NCBI GenBank assembly: GCA_937894085.1
Contig: CALCSG010000507.1
Coordinates: forward strand, 1-58,827
Source of the DNA: an uncultured Gammaproteobacteria bacterium
Lineage (GTDB): Bacteria; Pseudomonadota; Gammaproteobacteria; GCA-001735895
Direction of reading: 5' to 3'
DNA: 58,827 bases
A model generated the notes under the pieces. It ran no database searches. It saw only the letters and a list, made by a program, of their open reading frames with translations, and was not told the origin of the DNA. Shown here piece after piece: positions 18,083 to 27,077 of this stretch (its first letter is position 1; the number at the start of each line of letters is the position of its first letter). The position numbers and the translations under genes were made by a program.

Positions 18083-20314
18083 ATGCGACTGCAACAAATT
18101 TTTAGGCTTTCTTTAAGCCTTCTAATTTTAATTGCTTTGCTAATTGATTCTTCCGGTTTGTTTCACTATCCCTTCCTGCAAAAACTGGAAAACTGGACTT
18201 ACGATTCCAGGCTGAACTTCACGCTTCCGAATACGATCGATGATCAGGTTGTCATTATTGATATAGATGAAACCTCTCTGGAAAAAATTGGAAGATTCCC
18301 ATGGAAAAGGGATATTCTTGCCGAACTGGTCAATAACCTGTTCGAATTTTACCAGGTAAAAACACTTGGCTTTGATATAGTATTTGCCGAAAAAGATACC
18401 AGCTCCGGTTTAGAAGCTTTTACGAAACTGGCTGAGAATGAACTCAAAGATGATCCTCAATATCAAACTGCACTCGAAAAACTACGACCTTCGTTACAAT
18501 ATGACCACCTCTTTGCACAAAGTTTATTAAATAAAGATATTGTATTAGGCTATTACTTCAGGTCTGGCGTGAAACAGGGTGAAGCAGCCGAAATTGGATC
18601 TTTACCCTTAGCCATTACCCAAATGACTGAGGAGTGGAGTAAGCGCTTACCCATTTATAAATCAGAAGGGTATAGCGCAAACCTTCCAGTGCTACAAAAA
18701 GCTTCCAAATCCGGCGGCTATTTTGATAACCCATCCGTTGATGCAGATGGCGTTTTTCGACGTGTTCCGCTAATTCAGTCATACAACAGTTTCTTATATT
18801 CATCACTGGCATTAGCCACTGCCCGACTGGCACTAGATGACCCTAAAATCGAGCTTATCATCGAAACAGACGGCAAAAAGAACGGACAGGATTATTTCGC
18901 ACTGGAAGCTATCAACCTTGGGCAAAACAAAATACCAGTTGATCATAATGGTGCCGTGTATGTGCCATATCGGGGTAAACAGGGCAGTTTCAATTATATT
19001 TCAGCCTATAAAATTCTGCATAAAACGGCAGATGCAAATCTGTTAAAAGGCAAGATTGTACTGGTAGGTACAACGGCTCCCGGCTTACTGGACCTGCGCT
19101 CTACACCGGTACAAAATGTTTACCCGGGAGTAGAAGTTCATGCCAATATCATATCTGGAATATTGAATCAGACTATAAAACAAAAACCAGCCTGGGCCAT
19201 AGGATATGAATTTGTCATCCTTATCCTGATTGCAATAGCCATGTTCCTGGTACTCACTTATCTCTCGCCTACGCTGGCCGCAATCAGCTCACTGATAATT
19301 ACTTTAATTGTCATTACTGGAAATATACTGGCCTGGAACAGCTTATTGATTTTACCTCTGGCATCTCCCCTGCTGTTAATAGCACTGATGTTCACTTTGC
19401 ACATGACTTACGGTTTCTTCATAGAATCCAGAGGTAAGCGCCAGTTAGCGCACATGTTCGGACAATATATTCCCCCTGAGCTGGTGGATGAAATGAGTGA
19501 AACAGCCTCCGAGTTTTCGCTTGAAGGAGAAAGCAGGGAAATGACGGTACTGTTCTCAGATGTGCGCGGATTTACCACGATTTCGGAAGGTCTTGACCCT
19601 AAACAATTGACCAGCCTGATGAATGCTTTGTTAACACCAATGACACGCGTTATTCATAAAAACAGGGGAACCATCGATAAATACATGGGTGATGCCATCA
19701 TGTCATTCTGGGGAGCCCCCCTTCACGATCCGGAGCATGCCCGACACGCATTATATGCCGCCTTTGACATGATGGATGAATTGAAAATCATGCAGCAGGA
19801 ATTCCGTGAAAAAGGCTGGCCAGAAGTCAATATAGGTATTGGTTTGAACACCGGCATTATGAATGTCGGTAATATGGGGTCAGAATTCAGAGTCGCTTAT
19901 ACAGTGCTGGGAGATGCAGTTAATCTCGGCTCTCGATTAGAGGGCCTGACCAAAGCCTATGGCGTCAATATCATTGTTAGTGAAACGACCAGGTCAGCAG
20001 TTCCAGAATTCATTTTTCGCCAACTGGATGTTGTTCGAGTTAAAGGCAAAAACGAACCCATCGCGATCTTTGAGCCTATAGGCCACAAAAATGATGTCGA
20101 GAAATCCGTCATTTCTGAACTATCACGCTACAATCAGGCACTCAGGGTATATCACCAGCAAAATTGGGATAAAGCTGAAATGGAATTTTTCAATCTTTCA
20201 CAGTCCAATAAGAACTGTCAATTATATAAGGAATATCTCAACCGCATTACAAGTTACCGTAAAGCCCCTCCAGACGACAACTGGGATGGCGTCTACACTC
20301 ATACAACGAAATGA
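18083..20314 (+). CDS. CHASE2-sensor class III adenylate cyclase
   Basis: CHASE2 (IDIDETSLEKIGRFPWKR, DADGVFRRVPL); 3 TM; LFSDVRGFT, DKYMGDA, GIGLNTG, YTVLGDAVNLGSRLE (Lys/Thr adenine-specifying residues, Asn/Arg transition-state residues). Confidence 0.9.
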   Translation: MRLQQIFRLSLSLLILIALLIDSSGLFHYPFLQKLENWTYDSRLNFTLPNTIDDQVVIIDIDETSLEKIGRFPWKRDILAELVNNLFEFYQVKTLGFDIVFAEKDTSSGLEAFTKLAENELKDDPQYQTALEKLRPSLQYDHLFAQSLLNKDIVLGYYFRSGVKQGEAAEIGSLPLAITQMTEEWSKRLPIYKSEGYSANLPVLQKASKSGGYFDNPSVDADGVFRRVPLIQSYNSFLYSSLALATARLALDDPKIELIIETDGKKNGQDYFALEAINLGQNKIPVDHNGAVYVPYRGKQGSFNYISAYKILHKTADANLLKGKIVLVGTTAPGLLDLRSTPVQNVYPGVEVHANIISGILNQTIKQKPAWAIGYEFVILILIAIAMFLVLTYLSPTLAAISSLIITLIVITGNILAWNSLLILPLASPLLLIALMFTLHMTYGFFIESRGKRQLAHMFGQYIPPELVDEMSETASEFSLEGESREMTVLFSDVRGFTTISEGLDPKQLTSLMNALLTPMTRVIHKNRGTIDKYMGDAIMSFWGAPLHDPEHARHALYAAFDMMDELKIMQQEFREKGWPEVNIGIGLNTGIMNVGNMGSEFRVAYTVLGDAVNLGSRLEGLTKAYGVNIIVSETTRSAVPEFIFRQLDVVRVKGKNEPIAIFEPIGHKNDVEKSVISELSRYNQALRVYHQQNWDKAEMEFFNLSQSNKNCQLYKEYLNRITSYRKAPPDDNWDGVYTHTTK

Positions 20315-20363
20315 GTATTAACAGCGGGCAGACAGCATGCATAAATATGATGTTGCCCTTTAT

Positions 20364-20405
20364 TTGATCGAGGTCAATGTGTTACCCGTAGCCTGCTTCT
20401 AAAAT
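20364..20405 (+). promoter_or_regulatory. Class II FNR/DNR-dependent promoter for the small protein at 20438
   Basis: TTGAT-CGAG-GTCAA at 20364-20377. With the centre at -41.5, the -10 falls at 20400-20405 = TAAAAT. Confidence 0.7.
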
Positions 20406-20437
20406 TCTTTTATTTTTAACACATTAGAGAGACTGTT

Positions 20438-20569
20438 ATGGAACTGTTCATGGATTTATTTAGTGACTGGGTTGGCCTGTTATCCTTAGGGACTATCGTT
20501 TTTATACTTTTTATAGCAGCCTATTTCATTTATCTATTTATGTCTAAATCAGCTGATCCCAACGAATAA
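20438..20569 (+). CDS. 43-aa single-TM small protein, DUF3149-like
   Basis: Below the ORF-track cutoff. MELFMDLFSDWVGLLSLGTIVFILFIAAYFIYLFMSKSADPNE; AGAGAG upstream. The VGLLSL.TI.F...YF pattern matches my recollection of DUF3149. Confidence 0.75.
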   Translation: MELFMDLFSDWVGLLSLGTIVFILFIAAYFIYLFMSKSADPNE

Positions 20570-20622
20570 TTCACTCTGAAAAGAAAACCACGGCATCAGC
20601 TGTTTTTAACGGCTGATACCAT

Positions 20623-21861
20623 TCACCAGAAACGCCTGAGCGTTCTCGAAAGAATACTGATACCCTTCTGTAAATCTTCTTCACTCTGTACATAATTCAT
20701 ACGAATACAACTTTCCGCATGCTTACCCGGATTGTCCTGGCCCGGAAAAAAATATTTCCCTGGAACAACCAGTAATCCATCCTTTTTCAGCTCCTCGTAT
20801 AATTCGCTGGTGGTGATAGACAGCCCTTCGAACCATAACCATAAAAATATAGCTCCTTCTGGTAAGTGAATATGCATCCGTTCATCATTTACACTTTGCT
20901 TCAACCACTCAACCACCTTATTACAACGTAGCTGATAAAACGGACGAATCACATCATCGCAAAGAGCATTTAATTCACCCTTTCGCAGCAGCTCATTGAC
21001 CAGCACCGGCCCCACACCGCCCGGCGCAAGAGAGGTAATGGCCGTAATATTTGAAAGTTGATGAATGATCTCTTCATGCGCAATGACTATCCCCGTTCTA
21101 ACGCCGGGCAAACCCAGTTTCGACAGACTTAAACAGACAATGGTATTGTCATTCCAGAACGGATTGACTTCGTGAAAAATAATATGAGGAAAAGGCGTTC
21201 CATAGGCATTATCAACCAGCAACGGTACATTATTGCGGCGAGCGAGTTTATCCAGGTGTCTGCACTCATTATCCGTTAATACGTTGCCACTGGGGTTTGT
21301 CGGTCGTGATACGCAGATCAAACCAGTATCGGAAGTAATTTCCAGGCTATCAAAATTAATATGATATTTAAAATACTGATCGGGTAACTTCTCGATTTGC
21401 GGCTTCTGGCTGACAAATAAATGGTCCTCAATGCCCAGATCGGAATAACCGATATATTCAGGAGTTATAGGTAATAAAACATGCTTTCTAGAATGTCCCG
21501 AAGCACCGGCAAAAGAATTGAATAAAGTAAAAAAAGCTGATTGAGATCCATGCGTCAGAGCAATATTTTTACGTGAAATTCCCCATCCATACTGACTGTT
21601 AAAATAATCAGCCAATGATTCCAGAAAAGCCTGATTACCCTGGGAGGCATCATAATTTATCAGCGCTTTAAGTAAATCGCCTCTTTGCTGTAAGTTATCA
21701 AGAGTCTGTTGAAATTTTTCCAGTACCTGAGGAATGGCAGCAGGATTACCGCCACCCAGCATCACCATGTCATCATCCAGCAGGCCAGCACTCAGGTCAT
21801 CCATTAAATGTGAAATACCGGAATAACGGTTAAAACGTTTTCCAAAGTCAGAATAATTCAT
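20623..21861 (-). CDS. avtA: Valine-pyruvate aminotransferase
   Basis: MLGGGNPA, SRPTNPSGNV, DNAYG.PFP, LSLSKLGLPGVRTG (PLP lysine), EGAIFLWLWF. Confidence 0.92.
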   Translation of the reverse strand: MNYSDFGKRFNRYSGISHLMDDLSAGLLDDDMVMLGGGNPAAIPQVLEKFQQTLDNLQQRGDLLKALINYDASQGNQAFLESLADYFNSQYGWGISRKNIALTHGSQSAFFTLFNSFAGASGHSRKHVLLPITPEYIGYSDLGIEDHLFVSQKPQIEKLPDQYFKYHINFDSLEITSDTGLICVSRPTNPSGNVLTDNECRHLDKLARRNNVPLLVDNAYGTPFPHIIFHEVNPFWNDNTIVCLSLSKLGLPGVRTGIVIAHEEIIHQLSNITAITSLAPGGVGPVLVNELLRKGELNALCDDVIRPFYQLRCNKVVEWLKQSVNDERMHIHLPEGAIFLWLWFEGLSITTSELYEELKKDGLLVVPGKYFFPGQDNPGKHAESCIRMNYVQSEEDLQKGISILSRTLRRFW

Positions 21862-22060
21862 TAAAAACTCTTGAATGAAGATACAGGGTTACAGTACTGG
21901 TTCAGAATATATACAGATTTTAATCTCAAACTGAGACAGGGTTCTTATAATAATGGTAACAGAGTCTAAAACTAAAAGTCTTTGACCAACGGCAAGTATG
22001 CCATTAAAGCAGGTAATCGATAATAAAATTAAAATAGCTCTGTAGGAAATTATGTAATAT

Positions 22061-22108
22061 CGTCATTCCCGCATGCTTTTAGCGGGAGTAGTGGTGCATG
22101 GACGCACC
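22061..22108. repeat. Composite REP-like element (CGTC-tagged hairpin plus GGTGC...GCACC hairpin)
   Basis: CGTCATTCCCGC-ATGCTTTTA-GCGGGA (22061-22087), then GGTGCATGGACGCACC (22093-22108). Confidence 0.55.
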
Positions 22109-22188
22109 GTTAACAGAAAAAAAGGATGCAATGACAGTAGTTTCGGTGTTTAGAAGTTTTACATGATTTTCATACAGAGCCATAAAAA

Positions 22189-23160
22189 TTAATTTAATGC
22201 AAAATGACAGGCAACCCGGTGATTTTCATTCGTTCCTTTTACCGTTAACAGTGGTGTTTTTTCACTACACAGAGGCTGCGAATACGGACAACGATCAACA
22301 AAATGACAATGAGATGGGGGATTCATCGGTGAAGGCACTTCCCCCTTTAGTGCAGTAAAATTTTTGCGTTTGCGCGGGTCAGGTTCAGGGATTGATGAAA
22401 TCAGCGCACGAGTATAAGGATGTTGAGGGTTTGCATACAATGTTTCACTGTCAGCAATCTCCACAATACGCCCCAGATACATCACTGCGATCTGATCTGA
22501 CACATGTTTAATAACCGAAAGGTCATGCGCAATGAACATATAAGCCATACCCATTTCCTGCTGTAATTCGATTAACAAATTCAAAATTTGAGATTGTATC
22601 GAAACGTCCAGAGCCGAAACCGGTTCATCGCAGATAATCAACTTGGGCTTTAACGCTATCGCTCTGGCGATACCGATGCGCTGGCGCTGGCCACCGGAAA
22701 ATTCATGCGGGTATTTATGAATAGAATCGGCAGGCATACCCACCCTGTCCAGTAATTTAAGAACTTCCTGTCGCCGTTCAGCAGGTTTACCCTGGTGATG
22801 AATAATGTATGGTTCCTGCAGAATATCACCGATGGTATGACGTGGATTGAGGGATTCAAAGGGATCCTGGAAAATCATTTGCATATCAGAGCGTAAATCC
22901 CTCAGCTTGCGACCTTTAAGATGAGTGATATCTTTATCTTCAAAACTGACCCGACCCGAGGTAGGCTCATACAGCCGTAACAATGCTCGTCCTATCGTGC
23001 TCTTTCCGCAACCTGACTCACCAACCAGCCCCATAGTTTTTCCCGCCTCAACTGAAAAGCTAACTCCATCCACCGCAAAAACCGTCGCAACCTGCCGGTA
23101 CAATACTCCTCCATAAACCGGAAAGTGCATTTTCAGGTCTTCAACTTTTAATAACGTCAA
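22189..23160 (-). CDS. Peptide ABC transporter ATP-binding subunit (OppF/DppF-like)
   Basis: GESGCGKST, FSGGQRQR, CDEPVSALD, C-terminal C..CPY...C...VACH. TTG start at 23160 overlaps the upstream TGA. Confidence 0.9.
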   Translation of the reverse strand: MTLLKVEDLKMHFPVYGGVLYRQVATVFAVDGVSFSVEAGKTMGLVGESGCGKSTIGRALLRLYEPTSGRVSFEDKDITHLKGRKLRDLRSDMQMIFQDPFESLNPRHTIGDILQEPYIIHHQGKPAERRQEVLKLLDRVGMPADSIHKYPHEFSGGQRQRIGIARAIALKPKLIICDEPVSALDVSIQSQILNLLIELQQEMGMAYMFIAHDLSVIKHVSDQIAVMYLGRIVEIADSETLYANPQHPYTRALISSIPEPDPRKRKNFTALKGEVPSPMNPPSHCHFVDRCPYSQPLCSEKTPLLTVKGTNENHRVACHFALN

Positions 23161-24143
23161 CTCAACAACTCCCGAAAACGAAAACAACGCACCTGGTGCC
23201 CGTCACTGTCACTTTCCAGTACCGGTATATCCTGAGTACATTGCTCCTGCACATAATCACATCGATTCTGAAAACGACACCCCGGGAGAAAATCAAACAG
23301 GCTTGGCACCATACCGGGGATGGTACTAAGAACTTCTTTAGAAGATTTATCCAGCCGTGGAATAGCATTTAACAGACCACGAGTATAAGGATGTCTCGGT
23401 TTATCAAAGAGTGTCAGTATATCTGCCTGTTCGATTATTCGTCCGCCATACATCACCACAACACGGTCACACAATTCTGCAATGACACCCAGATCATGCG
23501 TGATAAAGATAATCGCCATACCGGTCTCTTTTTGCAAATCTTTCAATAATTGCAGAATCTGTGCCTGAATGGTCACATCCAGTGCCGTAGTCGGCTCATC
23601 AGCAATTAATATCTCCGGTTTACATAACAACGCTATCGCAATCATCACACGTTGACGCATACCACCCGAGAGTTGATGGGGATATTCTTTCATGCGACGT
23701 TCAGGTGCGGGAATACCCACCCGCTTCAACATGTTAATCGATGCCTCATTAATCTCGGCTTTATTCATTTCAGGGTTATGTAAGGCAAGCGTCTCATTCA
23801 GCTGACGACTAATACGGTAAACCGGGTTGAGCGCCGTCATCGGCTCCTGAAAAATCATCGCGATGCGATTACCGCGAATATTATGCATATCATCGGCCGG
23901 TAATCTGATCAAATCCTGACCTTTGAAAATCACTTCACCACTGACAATATTACCGGCGGGTTTGGGTAACAGGCGCAGGATAGAAAGAGCGGTAACACTC
24001 TTTCCGCAGCCCGACTCACCCACTATACCCAATGTTTCACCAGCTTTTACTTCGAAGCTGATATCGTCCAGAGCTCTGGCAACACCCTGTTCGGTGTCAA
24101 ACTCCGTCGCCAGATCTTTAACTTCCAGTATGACTTCAGACAT
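23157..24143 (-). CDS. Peptide ABC transporter ATP-binding subunit (OppD/DppD-like)
   Basis: GESGCGKS, LSGGMRQR, ADEPTTALD, GCRFQNRC. Confidence 0.9.
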   Translation of the reverse strand: MSEVILEVKDLATEFDTEQGVARALDDISFEVKAGETLGIVGESGCGKSVTALSILRLLPKPAGNIVSGEVIFKGQDLIRLPADDMHNIRGNRIAMIFQEPMTALNPVYRISRQLNETLALHNPEMNKAEINEASINMLKRVGIPAPERRMKEYPHQLSGGMRQRVMIAIALLCKPEILIADEPTTALDVTIQAQILQLLKDLQKETGMAIIFITHDLGVIAELCDRVVVMYGGRIIEQADILTLFDKPRHPYTRGLLNAIPRLDKSSKEVLSTIPGMVPSLFDFLPGCRFQNRCDYVQEQCTQDIPVLESDSDGHQVRCFRFRELLS

Positions 24144-25969
24144 TAATCAGCGACTTTGAAAGTAGTATCAACAACATTCACCACAGGAAAAGACTTGCCC
24201 TTCTTCTTTGCAGCCAGAGTTTCCTTCTTAATGTCTTTATCGATCCAGAAAAGTCCACCATCAGAAGTTGAAAATGAGCTACTGAAATCAAAGGCTGAGG
24301 TAGCCGGACCACCAATTCGGGTTCCCGGGACATCAGGTAACTGTACCCAGCGCCAGTAGCCGACTCTGCCATAAGGGGTTTCCAGAGTAGGAATCCAGGC
24401 ACTTTGATAATGGATCAAATTCTGTATTTTTTTCGCCAGATCGGTACGTTCTGTGGTTGTCATCGCTGAACGAAATGCTTCAATCAAACGATCCATTTGC
24501 GCATCATCTGTATTCGTTAAATTATTTGTTTGCGCTTTATGTGCATTCTTTGAGTGCAAAGTTCCCCAGTATTGAGGGAAGTCCCCGCCACCTAGTGCCC
24601 CCCACCAGATATCATGCTTTTTCTCCAGTGCCGATTTAAAAGAAGCCGCTCCATCCATTTTACGTAAAACTAATTCAAGTCCGGCACGTTTATATTCTTC
24701 TTTCAGCACCACCAGTCGTGATGTAACCAGATCTGAGCCGTAAGTTACCGTAAAAGAAAGGCGCTCGTTCCCCTTAATGCGAATACCATCACCACCCCGC
24801 TCGCTCCAGCCCGCTTTAGTAAAGTGCTCATCTGCTTTTTGCAGATCAAATGGCCTGGCTTTTATAGATAGATCGGTAAAATCACCAAAACCACTGGAAT
24901 AGTTATTTTTGCGCACATAATCTCCGCGTAATACCTCCTGATTAACCTTCTCCATATTTAGCGAATAGGCAATGCCGAGTCGCACATCCCGGTCTTTCAA
25001 AATGGGATTATCCTGATTCAACCAGATACCATAAGCATACTGGGGTGCATCATTATAAAACCACAGTTTTTTGACATAGCCCTTATCAAAAATTTCACCC
25101 GTCGCTTTTTCATGCCAGTACAAAGGCAAAGTTAAACCGAATATATCGAGCTTACCTTTTTTGAAATGCTCCCAGGCCAGGTTAATATCACGGATAACAG
25201 TTGTTTTAATTTTATCGACATTAAAACGATTTTTATAATATCTCAGGTCTTTTGCCCACCAGTCTTTTTTACGGCTAAAGGTAATACTCTTGCCTTTTTT
25301 GATTTCACTGATTTGATAAGGGCCGGTATTGGGTGCAATAGACCAGTTATATTTCTTCACGAAACCGGTCAAATCCTTATAAAAATGGCGCGGAGTTGGA
25401 TTAAGAGCAACATGACTGGGTAGCTCATTGCGTGGACGGGGCTTGCTGCTTGAAACCGAAATGGTGTAATCATCATAAATAACAACTTCACCAATTTCAT
25501 CGCTGTAATAAGTATTGTACCAGGGTGCTATAATTTCTTTGGAGCGCATAAATTCCAGCGTAAAGACATAGTCATCCGGTGTGACAGGCTTACCATCCGA
25601 CCAGCGTGCATCAGGGTTAAGTTTAAAATACATTGTTGTATTATCATCGCTGTAAGCCCAATGAGTGGCCAAAGAAGGAAATAACCCGGAAGTATTCGGA
25701 TGTGAAGCAACCAGCGCCATTTTATTGCCAAGAATAGCTGAACGAAAACTACCGTTAGAGTCAGGGCCTACATACCGAAGTGTCAACGGAAAACTCAACA
25801 GAAAACTATGTAATTTCCCGCCTTTTACTGCTTTTGGTGAAGCAAATACTTCATCACTATCATTTGTTATCCACTCAAGATTTCCCGGTAGTTTGGGGGC
25901 TGCCTGAACTGAAGAATAGATAAGCACACAGGACAATATCGATAAAATAGAACGTTTGTTAAATATCAT
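24143..25969 (-). CDS. Family-5 extracellular solute-binding protein (YejA-like)
   Basis: Signal peptide; KGG.L...FP.TLR, YFKLNPDARWSDGKPVT.DD..FT, TGPY, RFNVDKI. Confidence 0.8.
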   Translation of the reverse strand: MIFNKRSILSILSCVLIYSSVQAAPKLPGNLEWITNDSDEVFASPKAVKGGKLHSFLLSFPLTLRYVGPDSNGSFRSAILGNKMALVASHPNTSGLFPSLATHWAYSDDNTTMYFKLNPDARWSDGKPVTPDDYVFTLEFMRSKEIIAPWYNTYYSDEIGEVVIYDDYTISVSSSKPRPRNELPSHVALNPTPRHFYKDLTGFVKKYNWSIAPNTGPYQISEIKKGKSITFSRKKDWWAKDLRYYKNRFNVDKIKTTVIRDINLAWEHFKKGKLDIFGLTLPLYWHEKATGEIFDKGYVKKLWFYNDAPQYAYGIWLNQDNPILKDRDVRLGIAYSLNMEKVNQEVLRGDYVRKNNYSSGFGDFTDLSIKARPFDLQKADEHFTKAGWSERGGDGIRIKGNERLSFTVTYGSDLVTSRLVVLKEEYKRAGLELVLRKMDGAASFKSALEKKHDIWWGALGGGDFPQYWGTLHSKNAHKAQTNNLTNTDDAQMDRLIEAFRSAMTTTERTDLAKKIQNLIHYQSAWIPTLETPYGRVGYWRWVQLPDVPGTRIGGPATSAFDFSSSFSTSDGGLFWIDKDIKKETLAAKKKGKSFPVVNVVDTTFKVAD

Positions 25970-26020
25970 AATTTTAACTCTTGTTAAGAATTTAATAATT
26001 GCAGAGTCTTTTCCTGACCC

Positions 26021-27073
26021 TCATTCATAAGTTGTATGTTTTTTCGGATCGAAAGCTTCACGAATAGCTTCGCCCATAAAGGTTACCATCACCAGAATCA
26101 GGGTCATCGCAACAATCACAGATGAAACTATCCATAAAGATTCAAGATTGTTCGATCCCTGACTGAGTAATTCTCCCCAACTGGGAGTAGGAGGCGGTAA
26201 CCCGAAACCCAGATAATCCAGCGAGGTAAGTGCAATAATGCCATTGGCAATAGAAAACGGAATGAAGGTAATTATGATAGATACTGTATTAGGCAGAATA
26301 TGATTAAAAATAATCCTTGAATTTGAAGCTCCAAGCGCTTTAGCAGCCATCACGTATTCACGCGCCTTTTCTTTATAAGTTACCGTACGCATATACCAGG
26401 TCATCTGTATCCAGCCAAAAAGCAACACAATCACTATCAGCATGAAAAAATTGGGAATCATAATAGAAGAGATAATCATGATGACGTACAAAAATGGAAT
26501 ATTCGACCAGATTTCAATAATACGTTGGAACAGTAAATCAAACAGCCCCCCATAGTAACCCATTGCCGCGCCGATACTGACACCAATCAGGTAACTGACA
26601 ACTAATAATATCAGCGAAAAGAAAATAGCGGTTCTAAATCCATACACTAATCTGGCAGCAACATCACGACCAATGGTGTCGGTACCCAGGTAATGACTGT
26701 CTTCAAAAGACGGCGGAAATGGTGGGAAACTGCTGTCATTCAGATCATTTTCATAGGGGTTATAGGGGATGATCGGCATAATGACAAAGCCTGATCCACT
26801 GTCTTTTAACTTTTTCTGTAAATCGCGGTAATTGGTTTCGTAATCATAGCCCAGGCCCAGGGTGCGGCCCGGAATAATCGAACCATAGCTGGGGAAATAC
26901 AGATTCCCTTCATAACTGACCAGCAGAGCCCGGCTGTTCACTAATACTTCAGCGAAACAGGAAAGTAGTACCAGCAGGGTAAAAATAATAAACGAATAGT
27001 AACCGCGCCTGATCGACTTGAATCGATTGATTTTTTTTATGGTCAGAGGGTTCAGGTTAAACAGACTCATCAT
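26021..27073 (-). CDS. yejE: Peptide ABC permease (YejE-like)
   Basis: LNPLT.KK..RFK..RRGYYSF, LGTDTIGRDV, EYVMAAKALGAS, GEAIREAFDP. Start at Met-Met 27073/27070. Confidence 0.75.
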   Translation of the reverse strand: MMSLFNLNPLTIKKINRFKSIRRGYYSFIIFTLLVLLSCFAEVLVNSRALLVSYEGNLYFPSYGSIIPGRTLGLGYDYETNYRDLQKKLKDSGSGFVIMPIIPYNPYENDLNDSSFPPFPPSFEDSHYLGTDTIGRDVAARLVYGFRTAIFFSLILLVVSYLIGVSIGAAMGYYGGLFDLLFQRIIEIWSNIPFLYVIMIISSIMIPNFFMLIVIVLLFGWIQMTWYMRTVTYKEKAREYVMAAKALGASNSRIIFNHILPNTVSIIITFIPFSIANGIIALTSLDYLGFGLPPPTPSWGELLSQGSNNLESLWIVSSVIVAMTLILVMVTFMGEAIREAFDPKKHTTYE

Positions 27074-27077
27074 TTTA

